A stretch of DNA of 64,000 nt from Mobula hypostoma (taxonomy: Eukaryota): assembly GCF_963921235.1 (NCBI RefSeq), contig NC_086097.1:252094001-252158000 (forward strand). The letters are read 5' to 3'. A model generated the notes under the pieces. The model had not been told where the DNA came from and did not search any database. It was given only the letters and a program-made list of their open reading frames with translations. Positions within the stretch are counted from its first letter, which is position 1. Each line of letters opens with the position of its first letter. The translations under genes and the position numbers were made by a program. Positions 1 through 12,050 of this stretch are shown in pieces.

Positions 1-1080
1 TTAGGAAAAACTTCTTCACACAGAGAGTGGTGAATCTGTGGAATTCTCTGCCACAGCAAACTGTTGAGGCCAGTTCATTAGCTATGTTTAAAAGGAAGTT
101 AGATATGGCCCTTGTGGCTACAGGGGTCAGGGGGTATGGAGGGAAGGCTGGGTTCTGAGTTGGATGATCAGCCATGATCATAATAAATGGCGGTGCAGGC
201 TCGAAGGGCCGAATGGCCTACTCCTGCACCTATTTTCTATGTTTCTATGTTTCTATGCAATTTAATGTGGATAAATGTGAAGTTATCCACTTTGGTGGCA
301 AAAATAGGAAAACAGATTATTTTCTGAATGGTGGCCGATTAGGAAAAGGGGAGGTGCAACGAGACCTGGGTGTCATTATACACCAGTCATTGAAAGTGGG
401 CATGCAGGTACAGCAGGCGGTGAAAAAGGCGAACGGTATGCTGGCATTTATAGCGAGAGGATTCGAGTACAGGAGCAGGGAGGTACTACTGCAGTTGTAC
501 AAGGCCTTGGTGAGACCACACCTGGAGTATTGTGTGCAGTTTTGGTCCCCTAATCTGAGGAAAGACATCTTTGCCATAGAGGGAGTACAAAGAAGGTTCA
601 CCAGATTGATTCCTGGGATGGCAGGACTTTCATATGAAGAAAGACTGGATGAACTGGGCTTGTACTCGTTGGAATTTAGAAGATTGAGGGGGGATCTGAT
701 TGAAACGTATAAGATCCTAAAAGGATTGGACAGGCTAGATGCGGGAAGATTGTTCCCGATGTTGGGGAGGTCTAGAACGAGGGGTCACAGTTTGAGGATA
801 GAGGGGAAGCCTTTTAGGACCGAGGTTAGGAAAAACTTCTTCACACAGAGAGTGGTGAATCTGTGGAATTCTCTGCCACAGCAAACTGTTGAGGCCAGTT
901 CATTAGCTATGTTTAAAAGGAAGTTAGATATGGCCCTTGTGGCTACAGGGGTCAGGGGGTATGGAGGGAAGGCTGGGTTCTGAGTTGGATGATCAGCCAT
1001 GATCATAATAAATGGCGGTGCACGCTCGAAGGGCCGAATGGCCTACTCCTGCACCTATTTTCTATGTTTCTATGTTTCTA
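1..1080 (+). mobile_element. CR1 LINE family A, two tandem 5'-truncated 3' ends (825-bp period)
   Basis: ORF 174..983 encodes the CR1 ORF2 C-terminus ([36 protein letters not shown]). Each copy ends in a (TTTCTATG)n tail. 1..255 repeats at 826..1080. Confidence 0.93.
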
Positions 1081-1226
1081 AACATAGAAAATAGGTGCAG
1101 GAGTAGGCCATTCGGCCCTTCGAGCCTGCACCACCATTTATTATGATCATGGCTGATCATCCAACTCAGAACCCCGCCCCAGCCTTCCCTCCATACCCCC
1201 TGACCCCCGTAGCCACAAGGGCCATA
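1081..1226 (-). mobile_element. CR1 family A 3' end, inverted, tail-to-tail with the preceding copy
   Basis: Its reverse complement matches the family A 3' end seen at ~18905..19050. Confidence 0.9.
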
Positions 1227-2449
1227 CCAGGAAAGTGGATGAAGGGAAGGCAGTGGATATTGTCTAAATGGACTTCAGTAAGGACTTTGACAAGGTCCCG
1301 CATGGGAGGTTAGTTAGGAAAATTCAGTCGCTAGGTATACATGGAGAGGTGGTAAATTGGATTAGACATTGGCTCGATGGAAGAAGCCAGAGAGTGGTGG
1401 TAGAGAATTGCTTCTCCGAGTGGAGGCCTGTGACTAGTGGTGTGCCACAGGGATCAGTGCTGGGTCCATTGTTATTTGTCATCTATATCAATGATCTGGA
1501 TGATAATGTGGTAAATTGGATCAGCAAATTTGCTGATGATACGAAGATTGGAGGTGTAGTAGACAGTGAGGAAGGTTTTCAGAGCCTGCAGTGGGACTTG
1601 GACCAGCTGGAAAAATGGGCTGAAAAATGGCAGATGGAGTTTAATACAGACAAGTGTGAGGTATTGCACGTTGGAAGGATAAACCAAGGTAGAACATACA
1701 GGGTTAATGGTAAGGCACTGAGGAGTGCAGTAGAACAGAGGGATCTGGGAATACAGATACAAAATTCCTTAAAAGTGGCGTCACAGGTAGATAGGGTCGT
1801 AAAGAGAGCTTTTGGTACATTGGCCTTTATTAATCAAAGTATTGAGTATAAGAGCTGGAATGTTATGATGAGGTTGTATAAGGCATTGGTGAGGCCGAAT
1901 CTGGAGTACTGTGTTCAGTTTTGGTCACCAAATTACAGGAAGGATATAAATAAGGTTGAAAGAGTGCAGAGAAGGTTTACAAGGATGTTGCCGAGACTTG
2001 AGAAACTCAGTTACAGAGAAAAGTTGAATAGGTTAGGACTTTATTCCCTGGAGCGTAGAAGAATGAGGGGAGATTTGATAGAGGTATATAAAATTATGAT
2101 GGGTATAGATAGAGTGAATGCAAGCAGGCTTTTTCCACTGAGGCAAGGGGAGAAAAAAACCAGAGGACATGGGTTAAGGGTGAAGGGGGAAAAGTTTAAA
2201 GGGAACATTAGAGGGGGCTTCTTCACACAGAGAGTGGTGGGAGTATGGAATGAGCTGCCAGACGAGGTGGTAAATGCGGGTTCTTTTTTAACATTTAAGA
2301 ATAAATTGGACAGATACATGGATGGGAGGTGTATGGAGGGATATGGTCCGTGTGCAGGTCAGTGGGACTAGGCAGAAAATGGTTCGGCACAACCAAGAAG
2401 GGCCAAAAGGCCTGTTTCTGTGCTGTAGCTTTTCTATGGTTTCTATGGT
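1227..2449 (+). mobile_element. CR1 LINE family B, 5'-truncated (RT domain to tail)
   Basis: ORF 1268..2371 contains [10 protein letters not shown] and KFADD. Tail is TTTCTATGGTTTCTATGG. Near-identical to ~43582..44790. Confidence 0.93.
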
Positions 2450-2913
2450 GTACAAAATGATGTGGGGTATAGATGGGCTAAATGTAAACAGGCCTTTTCC
2501 ACTGAGGTTGCGTGAGACTACAACTACAGTTCATGGGGTAAGGGTGAAAGATGAAATGCGTAAGTGGAACATGAAGGGAACTCTTTGCTGAGGGTGGTGA
2601 GAGTGTGTTACTTGCTGCCGGTGCAAGTCGTGGATGGGGGTTTGATTGCAACATCTAAGAGACATTTGGATAGGTACATGCATGGGAGGGGTATGGAGAG
2701 CTATGGTCGTGTTTCAGGTTGACGGGACTAGGTAGATTATTAGTTCGGTATGGCCTAGATGGATCAAAGAAGCTGTTTCTGTGCTGCGTGCTAGCAGTTG
2801 ATATTTTATGATCTTCAAGCACACATTTAGCAACTATTTTAGTGAGTACGATGTTGCCTGTTCCAAGCCCCTTTCAGTGCAGATCGCCCTCTCTGTGGCT
2901 CCTTTGTCCACTC

Positions 2914-5774
2914 TTTAAGGTGTTGTACTTAAATGCACGCAGCATAAGGAATAAGGTGGATGATCTTGTTGTACAGCTACGGATTGGCAGGTATGATATT
3001 GTGCCCATCACTGAGACCTGGCTAAAGGATGCATGTCTCTGGGAGCTGAACGTCCAAGGATACACGGTGTATCGGAAGGATGGGAAGGTAGGCAGAGGGG
3101 GAGGCGTGGCTTTATTGGTAAGAAATGATATTAAATCATTAGAAAGAGGTGATATAGGATCAGAAGGTGCAGAATCTTTATGGGTTGAGCTAAGAAATCG
3201 CAGGGGTAAAAGGACCCTGATGGCAGTTATTTATAGGCCTCCAAACAGCTGCAGGGATGTGGACTACAAATTACAACTGGAAATAGAAAAGGCTTGTCAG
3301 AAGGGCAGTGTTATGATAATTGTGGGAGATTTTAACATGCGAGTAGATTGGGAAAATCAGGTCAGCACTGGATCTCAAGAGAGAGAATTTGTAGAATGTC
3401 TGTGAGATGGCTTTTCAGAACAGCTTGTTGTTGAGCCCACTAGGGGATCGGCTGTACTAGATTGGGTATTGTGTAATGAACCGGAGGTGATTAGAGAGAC
3501 TGAGGTGAAGGAACCCTTAGGAGGCAGTGATCATAACATGATTGAGTTCACTGTGAAATTAGGAAAAGAGAAACCGAAATCTGATGTTTCAGTGTTTCAG
3601 TGGAGTAAAGGAAATTACAGTGGCATGAGAAGTTGACTGGAAAGGGACACTGGCGGGAAAGACAGCAGAGCAGCAGTGACTGGAGTTTATGCAAAAAATG
3701 AAGAATGTGCAAGACAGGTATATTCCAAAAAAGAAGAAATTTTTGAGTGGAAAAAGGATGCAACCGTGGTTGACAAGAGAAGCCAAAGCCAAAGTTAAAG
3801 CAAAGGAGAGGGCATACAAGGAAGCAAAAATTAGTGGGAAGACAGAGGATTGGGAAGTTTTTAAAACCTTACAAAAGGAAACCAAGAAGGTCATTAAGAG
3901 AGAAAAGATGAACTATGAAAGGAAGCTAGCAAATAATATCAAAGAGGATACTAAAAGCTTTTTCAAGTATATAAAGAGTAAAAGACAGGTGAGAGTGGAT
4001 ATAGGACCGATAGAAAATGATGCTGGAGAAATTGTAATGGGAGATAAGGAGATGGCAGAGGAACTGAACGAGTATTTTGCATCAGTCTTCACTGAGGAAG
4101 ACATCAGCAGTATACCGGACACTCAAGGGTGGCAGGGAAGAGAAGTGTGCGCAGTCACAATTACGACAGAGAAAGTACTCAGGAAGCTGAATAGGCTAAA
4201 GGTAGATAAATCTCCTGGACCAGATGGAATGCACCCTCGTGTTTTGAAGGAAGTAGCTGTGGAAATTGCGGAGGCATTAGCGATGATCTTTCAAAAGTCG
4301 ATAGATTCTGGCATGGTTCCGGAAGACTGGAAGATTGCAAATGTCACTCCGCTATTTAAGAAGCAAAAAGGAAATTATAGACCTGTTAGCTTGACATCGG
4401 TGGTTGGGAAGTTGTTGGAGTCAATTGTCAAGGATGAGGTTACAGAGTACCTGGAGGCATATGACAAGATAGGCAGAACTCAGCATGGATTCCTTAAAGG
4501 AAAATCCTGCCTGACAAACCTATTACAATTTTTTGAGGAAATTACCAGTAGGCTAGACAAGGGAGATGCAGTGGATGTTGTATATTTGGATTTTCAGAAG
4601 GCCTTTGACAAGGTGCCACACATGATACTGTTTAACAAGATAAGAGCCCATGGAATTATGGGAAAGTTACATACGTGGATAGAGCGTTGGCTGATTGGCA
4701 GGAAACAGAGAGTGGGAATAAAGGGATCCTATTCTGGTTGGCTGCCGGTTACCAGTGGTGTTCCACAGGGGTCCGTGTTGGGACCGCTTCTTTTTACATT
4801 GTGCATCAACGATTTAGATTATGGAATAGATGGCTTTGTGGCTAAGTTTGCTGACGATACGAAGATAGGTGGAGGGGCCGGTAGTGCTGAGAAAACGGAG
4901 AGTCTGCAGAGAGACTTGGATAGATTGGAAGAATGGGCAGAGAAGTGGCAAATGAAGTACAATGTTGGAAAGTGTATGGTTATGCACTTTGGCAGAAAAA
5001 ATAAATAGACAGACTATTATTTAAATGGGGAAAGAATTCAAAGTTCTGAGATGCAACGGGACTTGGGAGTCCTCATACAGGATACCCTTAAAGTTAACCT
5101 CCAGGTTGAGTCAGTAGTGAAGAAGGCGAATGCAATGTTGGCATTCATTTCTAGAGGAATAGAGTATAGGAGCAGGGATGTGATGTTGAGGCTCTATAAG
5201 GCGCTGGTGAGACCTCACTTGGAGTACTGTGGGCAGTTTTGGTCTCCTTATTTAAGAAAGGATGTGCTGACGTTGGAGAGGGTACAGAGAAGATTCACTA
5301 GAATGATTCCGGGAATGAGAGGGTTAACATATGAGGAACGTTTGTCTGCTCTTGGACTGTATTCCTTGGAGATTAGAAGAATGAAGGGAGACCTCATAGA
5401 AACATTTCGAATGTTGAAAGGCATGGACAGAGTGGATGTGGCAAAGTTGTTTCCCATGATGGGGGAGTCTAGTATGAGAGGGCATGACTTAAGGATTGAA
5501 GGGCGCCCATTCAGAACAGAAATGCGAAGAAATTTTTTTAATCATAAGGTGGTGAATCTGTGGAATTTGTTGCCATGGGCAGCGGTGGAGGCCAAGTCAT
5601 TGGGTGTATTTATGGCAGAGATTGATAGGTATCTGAGTAGCCAGGGCATCAAAGTTTATGGTGAGAAGGCGGGGGAGTGGGACTAAATGGGAGAATGGAT
5701 CAGCTCATGATAAAATGGTGGAGCAGACTCGATGGGCTGAATGGCCTACTTCTGCTCCTTTGTCTTATGGTCTT
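2914..5774 (+). mobile_element. CR1 LINE family C, almost complete but disrupted ORF2 (APE endonuclease + RT)
   Basis: YLNARSI, ITETW, YRPP and VGDFN (endonuclease) lie in ORF 2842..3405. RT motifs lie in 3689..5008 and the C-terminus in 5051..5686. Stops and a frameshift separate the pieces. TCTTATGG tail. Confidence 0.92.
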
Positions 5775-6497
5775 CCTCCCCATCGATCTCCCTCCTGGCA
5801 CTTGTCTCTGCAAGTAGACGCGTGCTGTACCCCCTCCCTCACAACCATTCAGGGTCCTTCAAGAGTCCAAACAGGTAAAGCAACATTTCATCTATGAGTC
5901 TGTAGGGGTCATCTGCTATATCCAGGGTGGTCTACTCTAGATCGGTGAGACCCGACACAGATTAAGGGAATGCTTCATCGAGTACCTTTGCTCTGTCTGC
6001 CACAGAAGGTGAGATTTCGCAGAATCCACCCATTTTTATTCTAATTCCCATTCCTATTCCAACATGTCTGTCCATGGCCTCCTTTGTGTTCACAATGAGG
6101 CTACTCTCATATTCCATGATGCTGTCCTCCAGCCTGATGGCTTAAACACTGATTTCTCTAACTTCCAGTGATTCCTTTCCCCTTCTCTTCTCCTCTCTTC
6201 TCCTCCTTAGGGTGCCCCTCCTGTGTTTCCCTTCCTCCCATAGTCCACTGTTCTTTCTGATCAGATTCCTTCTTCATCCCTTTACCTTTTCCACCTGTCA
6301 CCTCCCAGCTTCTCACTCACCCTCTTTCCCGACCCACCCACCTTCCCCCTCACCCGGCCCACTTGTGCTCCATCCCCTCCCCCACCACTTTATCTGGCTT
6401 CTTCCTCTCCATAGGTGCTGCCTGGCCTGCTGAGTTCCTGTAGCATTTTGTGTGTTGCTCTGGATTTCCAGCGTCTGCAGAATCCCTTGTCTTTATA
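5775..6497 (+). mobile_element. Penelope-like element, decayed 3' part with GIY-YIG endonuclease remnant
   Basis: ~5905..5990 reads as a decayed VI.C...GLL.IGET...L.E.F.E.L GIY-YIG motif. It is followed by a pyrimidine-rich tract and the family end GCTGCCTGGCCTGCTGAGTTCC...CTGGATTTCCAGC.TCTGCAG. Confidence 0.7.
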
Positions 6498-7694
6498 ATT
6501 TCAAGTGATTTTATTTTTCAGAAACCTCCAAAATACTTTAATAAGACCATAAGACATAGGAGCAGAATTAGGCCATTCAGCCCATCAAGTCTGCTCTGCC
6601 ATTCCATCATGGCTGATTTATTATCCCTCTCAACTTCATTCTTCTGCCTTCCCCCACCCCGTAACCTTTGACACCATGACTAATCAAGAACCTATCAACC
6701 TCTGCTTTAAATATACCCAATGACGTTGCCTCCACAATCATCTGGCACTGAATGCAACAGATTCATGTTTAGCTATGTTGAAGATGGATTGTTCCCTGAG
6801 GAACATTAATAGCATATTGTTATGAACTGTTTATCAGAAAGTTGGTAATTCCAGACTAATGCTCATTTGGCTGTTAAACACGTCACAAAATCAGTAACTT
6901 GTACTTCCTTTGCCTAGCTTGGCAGGAAAAAAATATTTAGACAAGTATAAATAATTTCACTTGTAAATATTAGAAACATAGAAAACCTACAACATAATAC
7001 AGGCCCTTCGTGCTGAACATGTCCTTACCTTAGAAATTACCTAGGGTTACCCATAGCCCTCTATTTTTCTAAGCTCCATGTACCTATCCAGGAGTTTCTT
7101 GAAAGACCCTATCATATCCACCTCCTCCACCATCACCAGCAGCCCATTCCACACACTCACCACTCTACGTAAAAAAAAACTTACCCCTGACATCTCCTCT
7201 GTACCTACTTCCAAGCACCTTAAAACTGTGCCCTCTCGTGCTAGCCATTTCAGCCCTGGGGAAAAGCCTCTGAGCAGGGGTCCCAGAACAGATCCCTGAG
7301 GCACACCACTGGTGACCGACCTACATGCCAAAAATGACCCATCAACAACCACTCTTTGCCTTCTGTGGGCAAGCCAGTTCTGGTTTTCCAAAGCAGAGGT
7401 TACAGTGGGACATTGATAGGATGCAAAACTGTTTTGGGATATATAATGAGTGTCTACATATGTGTTCATGCATGTACATGCATGTATGTGTGGAAGTATT
7501 AACGGAATAAAATTTTTAAGTGAATTAGGATAAATAGCTGTGTGTATTTAAATTTATTTTTGGTTTTATTTCGAGTTACAGCACAATAATAGGCCCTTCC
7601 GGCCCAACCAGCTCACGCCGCCCGTTACACCCATGTGACCCTCACAATACGCTGGAGGAACTCAGCAGGTCGGGCCACATCAGTGGAAACGATC

Positions 7695-7731
7695 GGTCGA
7701 CGTTTCGGGCCGGAACTCTTCGTCAGGACTG
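7695..7731 (-). ncRNA. Minimal type I hammerhead ribozyme motif (Penelope-type)
   Basis: Minus strand AGTC-CTGACGA-AGAG-TTCCGG-CCC-GAAA-CGTC-GACC. Helix II has one mismatch. Confidence 0.65.
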
Positions 7732-8342
7732 TAGGGGGAAGGGGCAGAGGCCCTATAAAGAAGGTGGGGGGAGGGTGGGAAGGAGAAGGCTGGTAGGTTC
7801 CAGGTGAAAAACCAGTAAGGGGAAAGATAAAGGGGTGGGGAAGGGGAAGCAGGGAGGTGATAGGCAGGAAAGGTGAAGAAAGAATAGGGGAAAACACAAT
7901 GGGTAGTAGAAGGAGGTGGAACCATGAGGAAGGTGATAGGCAGCTGGGGGAGGAGGCAGAGTGACTTAGGGATAGGGGAAGGGAATTACCGGAAGTTGGA
8001 GAATTCTATGTTCATACCAAAGTAGAAGGAGGCGGAACCAAGAGGTATGAACATAGAATTCTCCAACTTCCGGTAATTCCTTCCCCCTCCCTTCCCCCAT
8101 CCCTATGACACTCTGCCCCCTCCCCCAGCTGCCTATCACCTCCCTCATGGTCCCGCCTCCTTCTATTACCCATTGTGTTTTCCCCTATTCTTTCTTCACC
8201 TTTCCTGCCTATCACCTCCCTGCTTCCCCTCCCCCCGCCCCTTTATCTTTCCCCTTACTGGTTTTTCACCTGGAACCTACCAGCCTTCTCCTTCCCACCC
8301 TCCCCCCACCTTCTTTATAGGGCCTCTGCCCCTTCCCCCTAC

Positions 8343-8378
8343 AGTCCTGACGAAGGGTTCCGGCCCGAAACGTCGACC
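8343..8378 (+). ncRNA. Minimal type I hammerhead ribozyme motif (Penelope-type)
   Basis: AGTC-CTGACGA-A-GGG-TTCCGG-CCC-GAAA-CGTC-GACC: CUGANGA and GAAA cores, GGG/CCC helix II, palindromic ACGU helix III, GUC triplet, GUC/GAC helix I. Confidence 0.75.
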
Positions 8379-9299
8379 GATCGTTTCCACTGATGCGGCC
8401 CGACCTGCTGAGTTCCTCCAGTGTGTTGTGAGTGTTGCTTTGACCCCAGCATCTGCAGATTATTTTGTGTTTACACCCACGTGACCAGTTCCCCGACTAA
8501 CATGGAACGCGAAGCACCCAGAGGTCACGGAGAGCGTACAAACTCTGCAGACTGCAGCAGGAATTGAACACGGGTAGCTGCGCTGTAACAGTGTTAAACT
8601 GATCGCTACACTACCATACTGCCACAAATATTAGTGGAATTAAATGTTTAGGTGACTAATGATAAATAGTTGTGTGTAAATATTAGTGGAATAAAGTTTT
8701 AAGTGTGTTTAAGCTGTCTGTGTGCACACGTGTGTTCAGTGGGTCTGAAATATCCTTTCAGGTGCAGATGTTACTATAAGGGTTTTTTTTTGGAATGTTG
8801 TACTTGAATAAGACATGCAATGTGTAATAATCTACACATGTAGCAGGGTGTTTTGTTTTAATGTATTGAGCAGTGCCCGTGAATGTTGTGGTACTGCTAC
8901 ACAGTAACAGCGATTGCACTACTTAGCAGGGGTAGAAACAGTGTACCACTGAACGTATAGTGTCACATTCTGAATCCCCGGTGTGGAACTCAACCCCCTT
9001 TCACACTAATTACTGTCTTCTCTCAATTAGAAGCTGCTGGTGCACTTTTTTTGAGAGATTATGGTTCATGGCATTTTGAACTTCTAAGTACTGTACTCTG
9101 AAATTAAATTGGGACTGGTCGAGGTTTATGCCTCCTCTCATCTAAATAGTATTATAATCACTTAATTTTAAAAATATAACGGTGTCGTTTTTGGTGTTGC
9201 TTGTTTTGACCATAGAATGCGACGGGTCACCTTCATAACGCAATAGATGTACAGTATGCTGTGAGAACCCTTGAGTTAGCTTTCATTTACCTGTTTAAA

Positions 9300-9895
9300 T
9301 TTTAAAGTAAATTTACTATCGTATACCACCCTGAAATTAATTTTCTTGTGGGCATTCACAGTAAATACAAAGAAGAAAAAAATTATAAATGAGCACCAAA
9401 TACTGAGAACACAAGACAGAGTCCTCAAAACTGAGTCCATAGTGATGGGGTGGGTGATATTATCCCCTTTGGTTCAAGAGCCTGATGGTTGAGGGATAGA
9501 AACTGTTCCTGAACCTGGTGATGTGGGTCCTGAGGCTCCTGTACCACCTTCCTGATGGCAGCAGCGAGACGAGAGCATGGCCTGGGTGGTGGGGTCCCTG
9601 ATGATGGATGCTGTTTCCTTGCAACGCTTCATGTAGATGTGCTCAGTGATGGGGAGGGGTTTACCTGCGATGTGCTGGGCCCTTTCCATTATCTTTTGTA
9701 GGCTTTTTTATTCAAGGCCATCGGTGTTTTCATACTAGTCTGTGATGCAGCCAGTCAATATACTCTGCACCACACATCTATAGAACTTTGTTAAAGTTTT
9801 AGATGTCGTGATGAATCTTCACAAACTTCTGAAGAAGCAGAGGCACTGCTTTGCTTTTTCCCTAATTGCACTCACGTACTGGATCCAGGACAGAT
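9300..9895 (-). mobile_element. Rex1/L2-like LINE 3' fragment, decayed
   Basis: The minus strand encodes decayed AQHI.G..LP....IY..RC...A.SII.DP and LLPSGRRYRS motifs, the same family type as ORF 54774..55394. Confidence 0.65.
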
Positions 9896-9967
9896 CCAAA
9901 AAAGTCCACAAAAACTGCAAATGAAACGCCACTCTCAAATAGAAATTTTTCTTGACAGATTTTGCAG

Positions 9968-10011
9968 ACATCCATCACAAAAGAGGGGAAACAGACAAAC
10001 GGCAAATAGCG
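9968..10011 (+). CDS. INTS8: Integrator complex subunit 8, penultimate coding exon
   Basis: ttgcag|AC ATC CAT...ATA GCG|gtaagt encodes (Y)IHHKRGETDKRQIA. This matches the vertebrate INTS8 C-terminal region as recalled and splices in phase 0 to the next exon. Confidence 0.9.
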
Positions 10012-10289
10012 GTAAGTCTACGAATTCTGGTGCTTTGGATTACATTTCATGCACGTGTGTGGAGATATCACTTTGTAGCTTGCTGGTTTGTATGTATGGA
10101 TGTCACAAATAACAATTTTCTAATTACTGAGCTAGATTGTTCTGGAATTGGTGCATTCTGAATGGCCATTGCCTTGTGCTGAATCATTTTTATGTATATT
10201 CATGGAGAAAGGGAAGTTGCTGGTCGCTAGTTATTTTTACAAGTAATCAAGACATAGTTGAAGCCCTCCATTGGTCAGGTTTGACCGTA

Positions 10290-10605
10290 AATATTGTGTC
10301 CTAACTGTCTACATAAGCAAGCCTGGACAGTACGACATGGAGCAAGCTGTTGCCCATTTAGCAGGCCCCCGCTTCTCCACACAGCTGATGAATCCAAAGG
10401 AACGGCAGAGAGTTTGGCACCAGCAGCATCGCAGGAGTTGCCAGTCAGCGTTGAACCAGTAACCTGCCTTTACCCCTTCTGTCAGTAGAAATGGTTCAGC
10501 TGGGCTTAGTAGCTAAACCACACATGAAGGCCAGGAGCTGGACTTGGTGTGAAAGACTCTGAGATAGGAGCATAGTGGGAGCTTTACTCCACTACCACCA
10601 GCAGT
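10290..10605 (-). mobile_element. Non-coding interspersed repeat, possibly RTE-related; homologues at ~12280..12815 and ~48250..48630
   Basis: Three dispersed copies share CTGGGCTTAG.AGC.AA.CCACAC.TGAAGGCCAGG and flanking blocks. Both class and strand are inferred. Confidence 0.55.
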
Positions 10606-11059
10606 GTAAGTACATGGATAGGAACGAGCTAGGGGAAATGGGACGACAGGACATTTGGCACAGATATGTTAAACATGGAACACCATAACACACTACTACC
10701 CTGTTGTGCCAACCTTTTATCCTGCTGTAAGATCATAAAAGCATGAGAAATAGGAGGTAGAAGGCCATCTGGCCCATCGAGCCTGCTACACCATTCAGTA
10801 AGATCAGGGCTGATCTGGTCACGGACTCATCTCCATTTCTTATATTTCTTATTTCCGAATGGACATTGAGCCCATGAACACTACCTCACTATTTTTCCCC
10901 TCTTTCTGCACTAATTTAAAATTTATATATACACTGTAAGATGTATATCTTATTGCAATACATTAAAAATAAATTACAATGTTCCACTACCCCAAAACAC
11001 CAAATTTCACAACACAGGCAGTGATCTTAAACCTGATTTTAATTCATTTTTCTCTCATG

Positions 11060-12050
11060 CTTATCTGTTTCTCAAATGCCTCCAATGTATTTGCCTCTCC
11101 CACAACCTGGTAGGGTGTTCCACACACACACCACTCTCTAAAACCGAACAGCTGGCCTCTATCATCCCCCTCTACTTTCTTCCAATATTGTGTCTGCTGT
11201 CGTTAGCCATTTCCATGCTGGGAAAATGTCTCTGGCTGTTCACTATCTATGCCTCTTAGCATCTTGTACACCTCTATCAAGTCACCTCCCATCCTCCTTT
11301 GTTCCAAAGACAAAAACCCTAACTTAACTCAACCTACCTTAATAAAACATGCTCTCTAATCCAGGCAGCACCTGGTAAATCTCCTCTGCGCCCTCTCTAA
11401 AGCTTCCACATCCTTCCTGTAACAAGGTGACTGGAACTGAACACAGTATTACAAGTGTGGTCTAACCAGGGTTTTATAGAACTGCAACATTATCTCACAG
11501 CTCAAATTCAGTTCTCCCAAACATCCACCTCACCATGCCCAGCAACTTTGAGGGATCTATGGACATTGACCTGAAGATCCCTCTGTTTCTTCACACTGCT
11601 AAGAATCCTGCCATTAACTCTGTATTCTGCCTTCAAATTCAACCTGCCAAAGCGAATTTCACTTTTCCGGGTTGAACTCCCGCCATTTCTCTGCATCCTG
11701 TCAATGTTCTGTTGCAATCCCCAACCCTCCACAGCATCCACAACTCCAACCATTGTGTCATCTGCAAACCTAACTCACCATTCCACTTACTCATCCAAGG
11801 CATTTATATATATTTTAAAAAATCCACAAAGAGCAGGGGTCCCAGAACAAATTCCTTCAAAATAGCACTGGTCACAAACCTCCAGGCAGAATACACTCCA
11901 TCTCATGCCACTCTGCCTTCTATTGGCAAGCCGATTCGGAATCCACACAGAGCCAGGTTTCCTTGAATCCCATGCCTCCTGACTTTCTGAATGAGTCTAC
12001 CAGCAGGAATCTTACCAAAATCTATATACACATCCACTGCTCTACCTTCA
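11060..12050 (-). mobile_element. Old CR1 fragment
   Basis: Decayed RT and C-terminal motifs on the minus strand (LVRPHL.YCVQF, GDLIEVYKM). Confidence 0.75.

Larger units (their letters stand above)
7641..8470. repeat. Long inverted repeat of two head-to-head Penelope-like 3' ends, with a 16-bp target-site duplication
   Basis: Arm ~7642..8018 is the reverse complement of 8044..~8430. Flanks are TTACACCCATGTGACC (7625..7640) and TTACACCCACGTGACC (8471..8486). Confidence 0.9.
7555..8623 (-). mobile_element. tRNA-derived SINE (V-SINE/HE1-like), split by a Penelope-like palindromic insertion
   Basis: The minus strand starts GGCAGTATGGTAGTGTAGCG (A-box-like) and has GTGTTCAATTCC (B-box-like). 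Homologous to the uninterrupted copy at ~56800..57025. Confidence 0.7.

Noticed and set aside
8540..8623. tRNA gene
   Set aside because: A/B-box-like head of a decayed SINE; no cloverleaf is evident.
10384..10412. CTGATGA as another hammerhead
   Set aside because: No GAAA core or closing helices at the right spacing.
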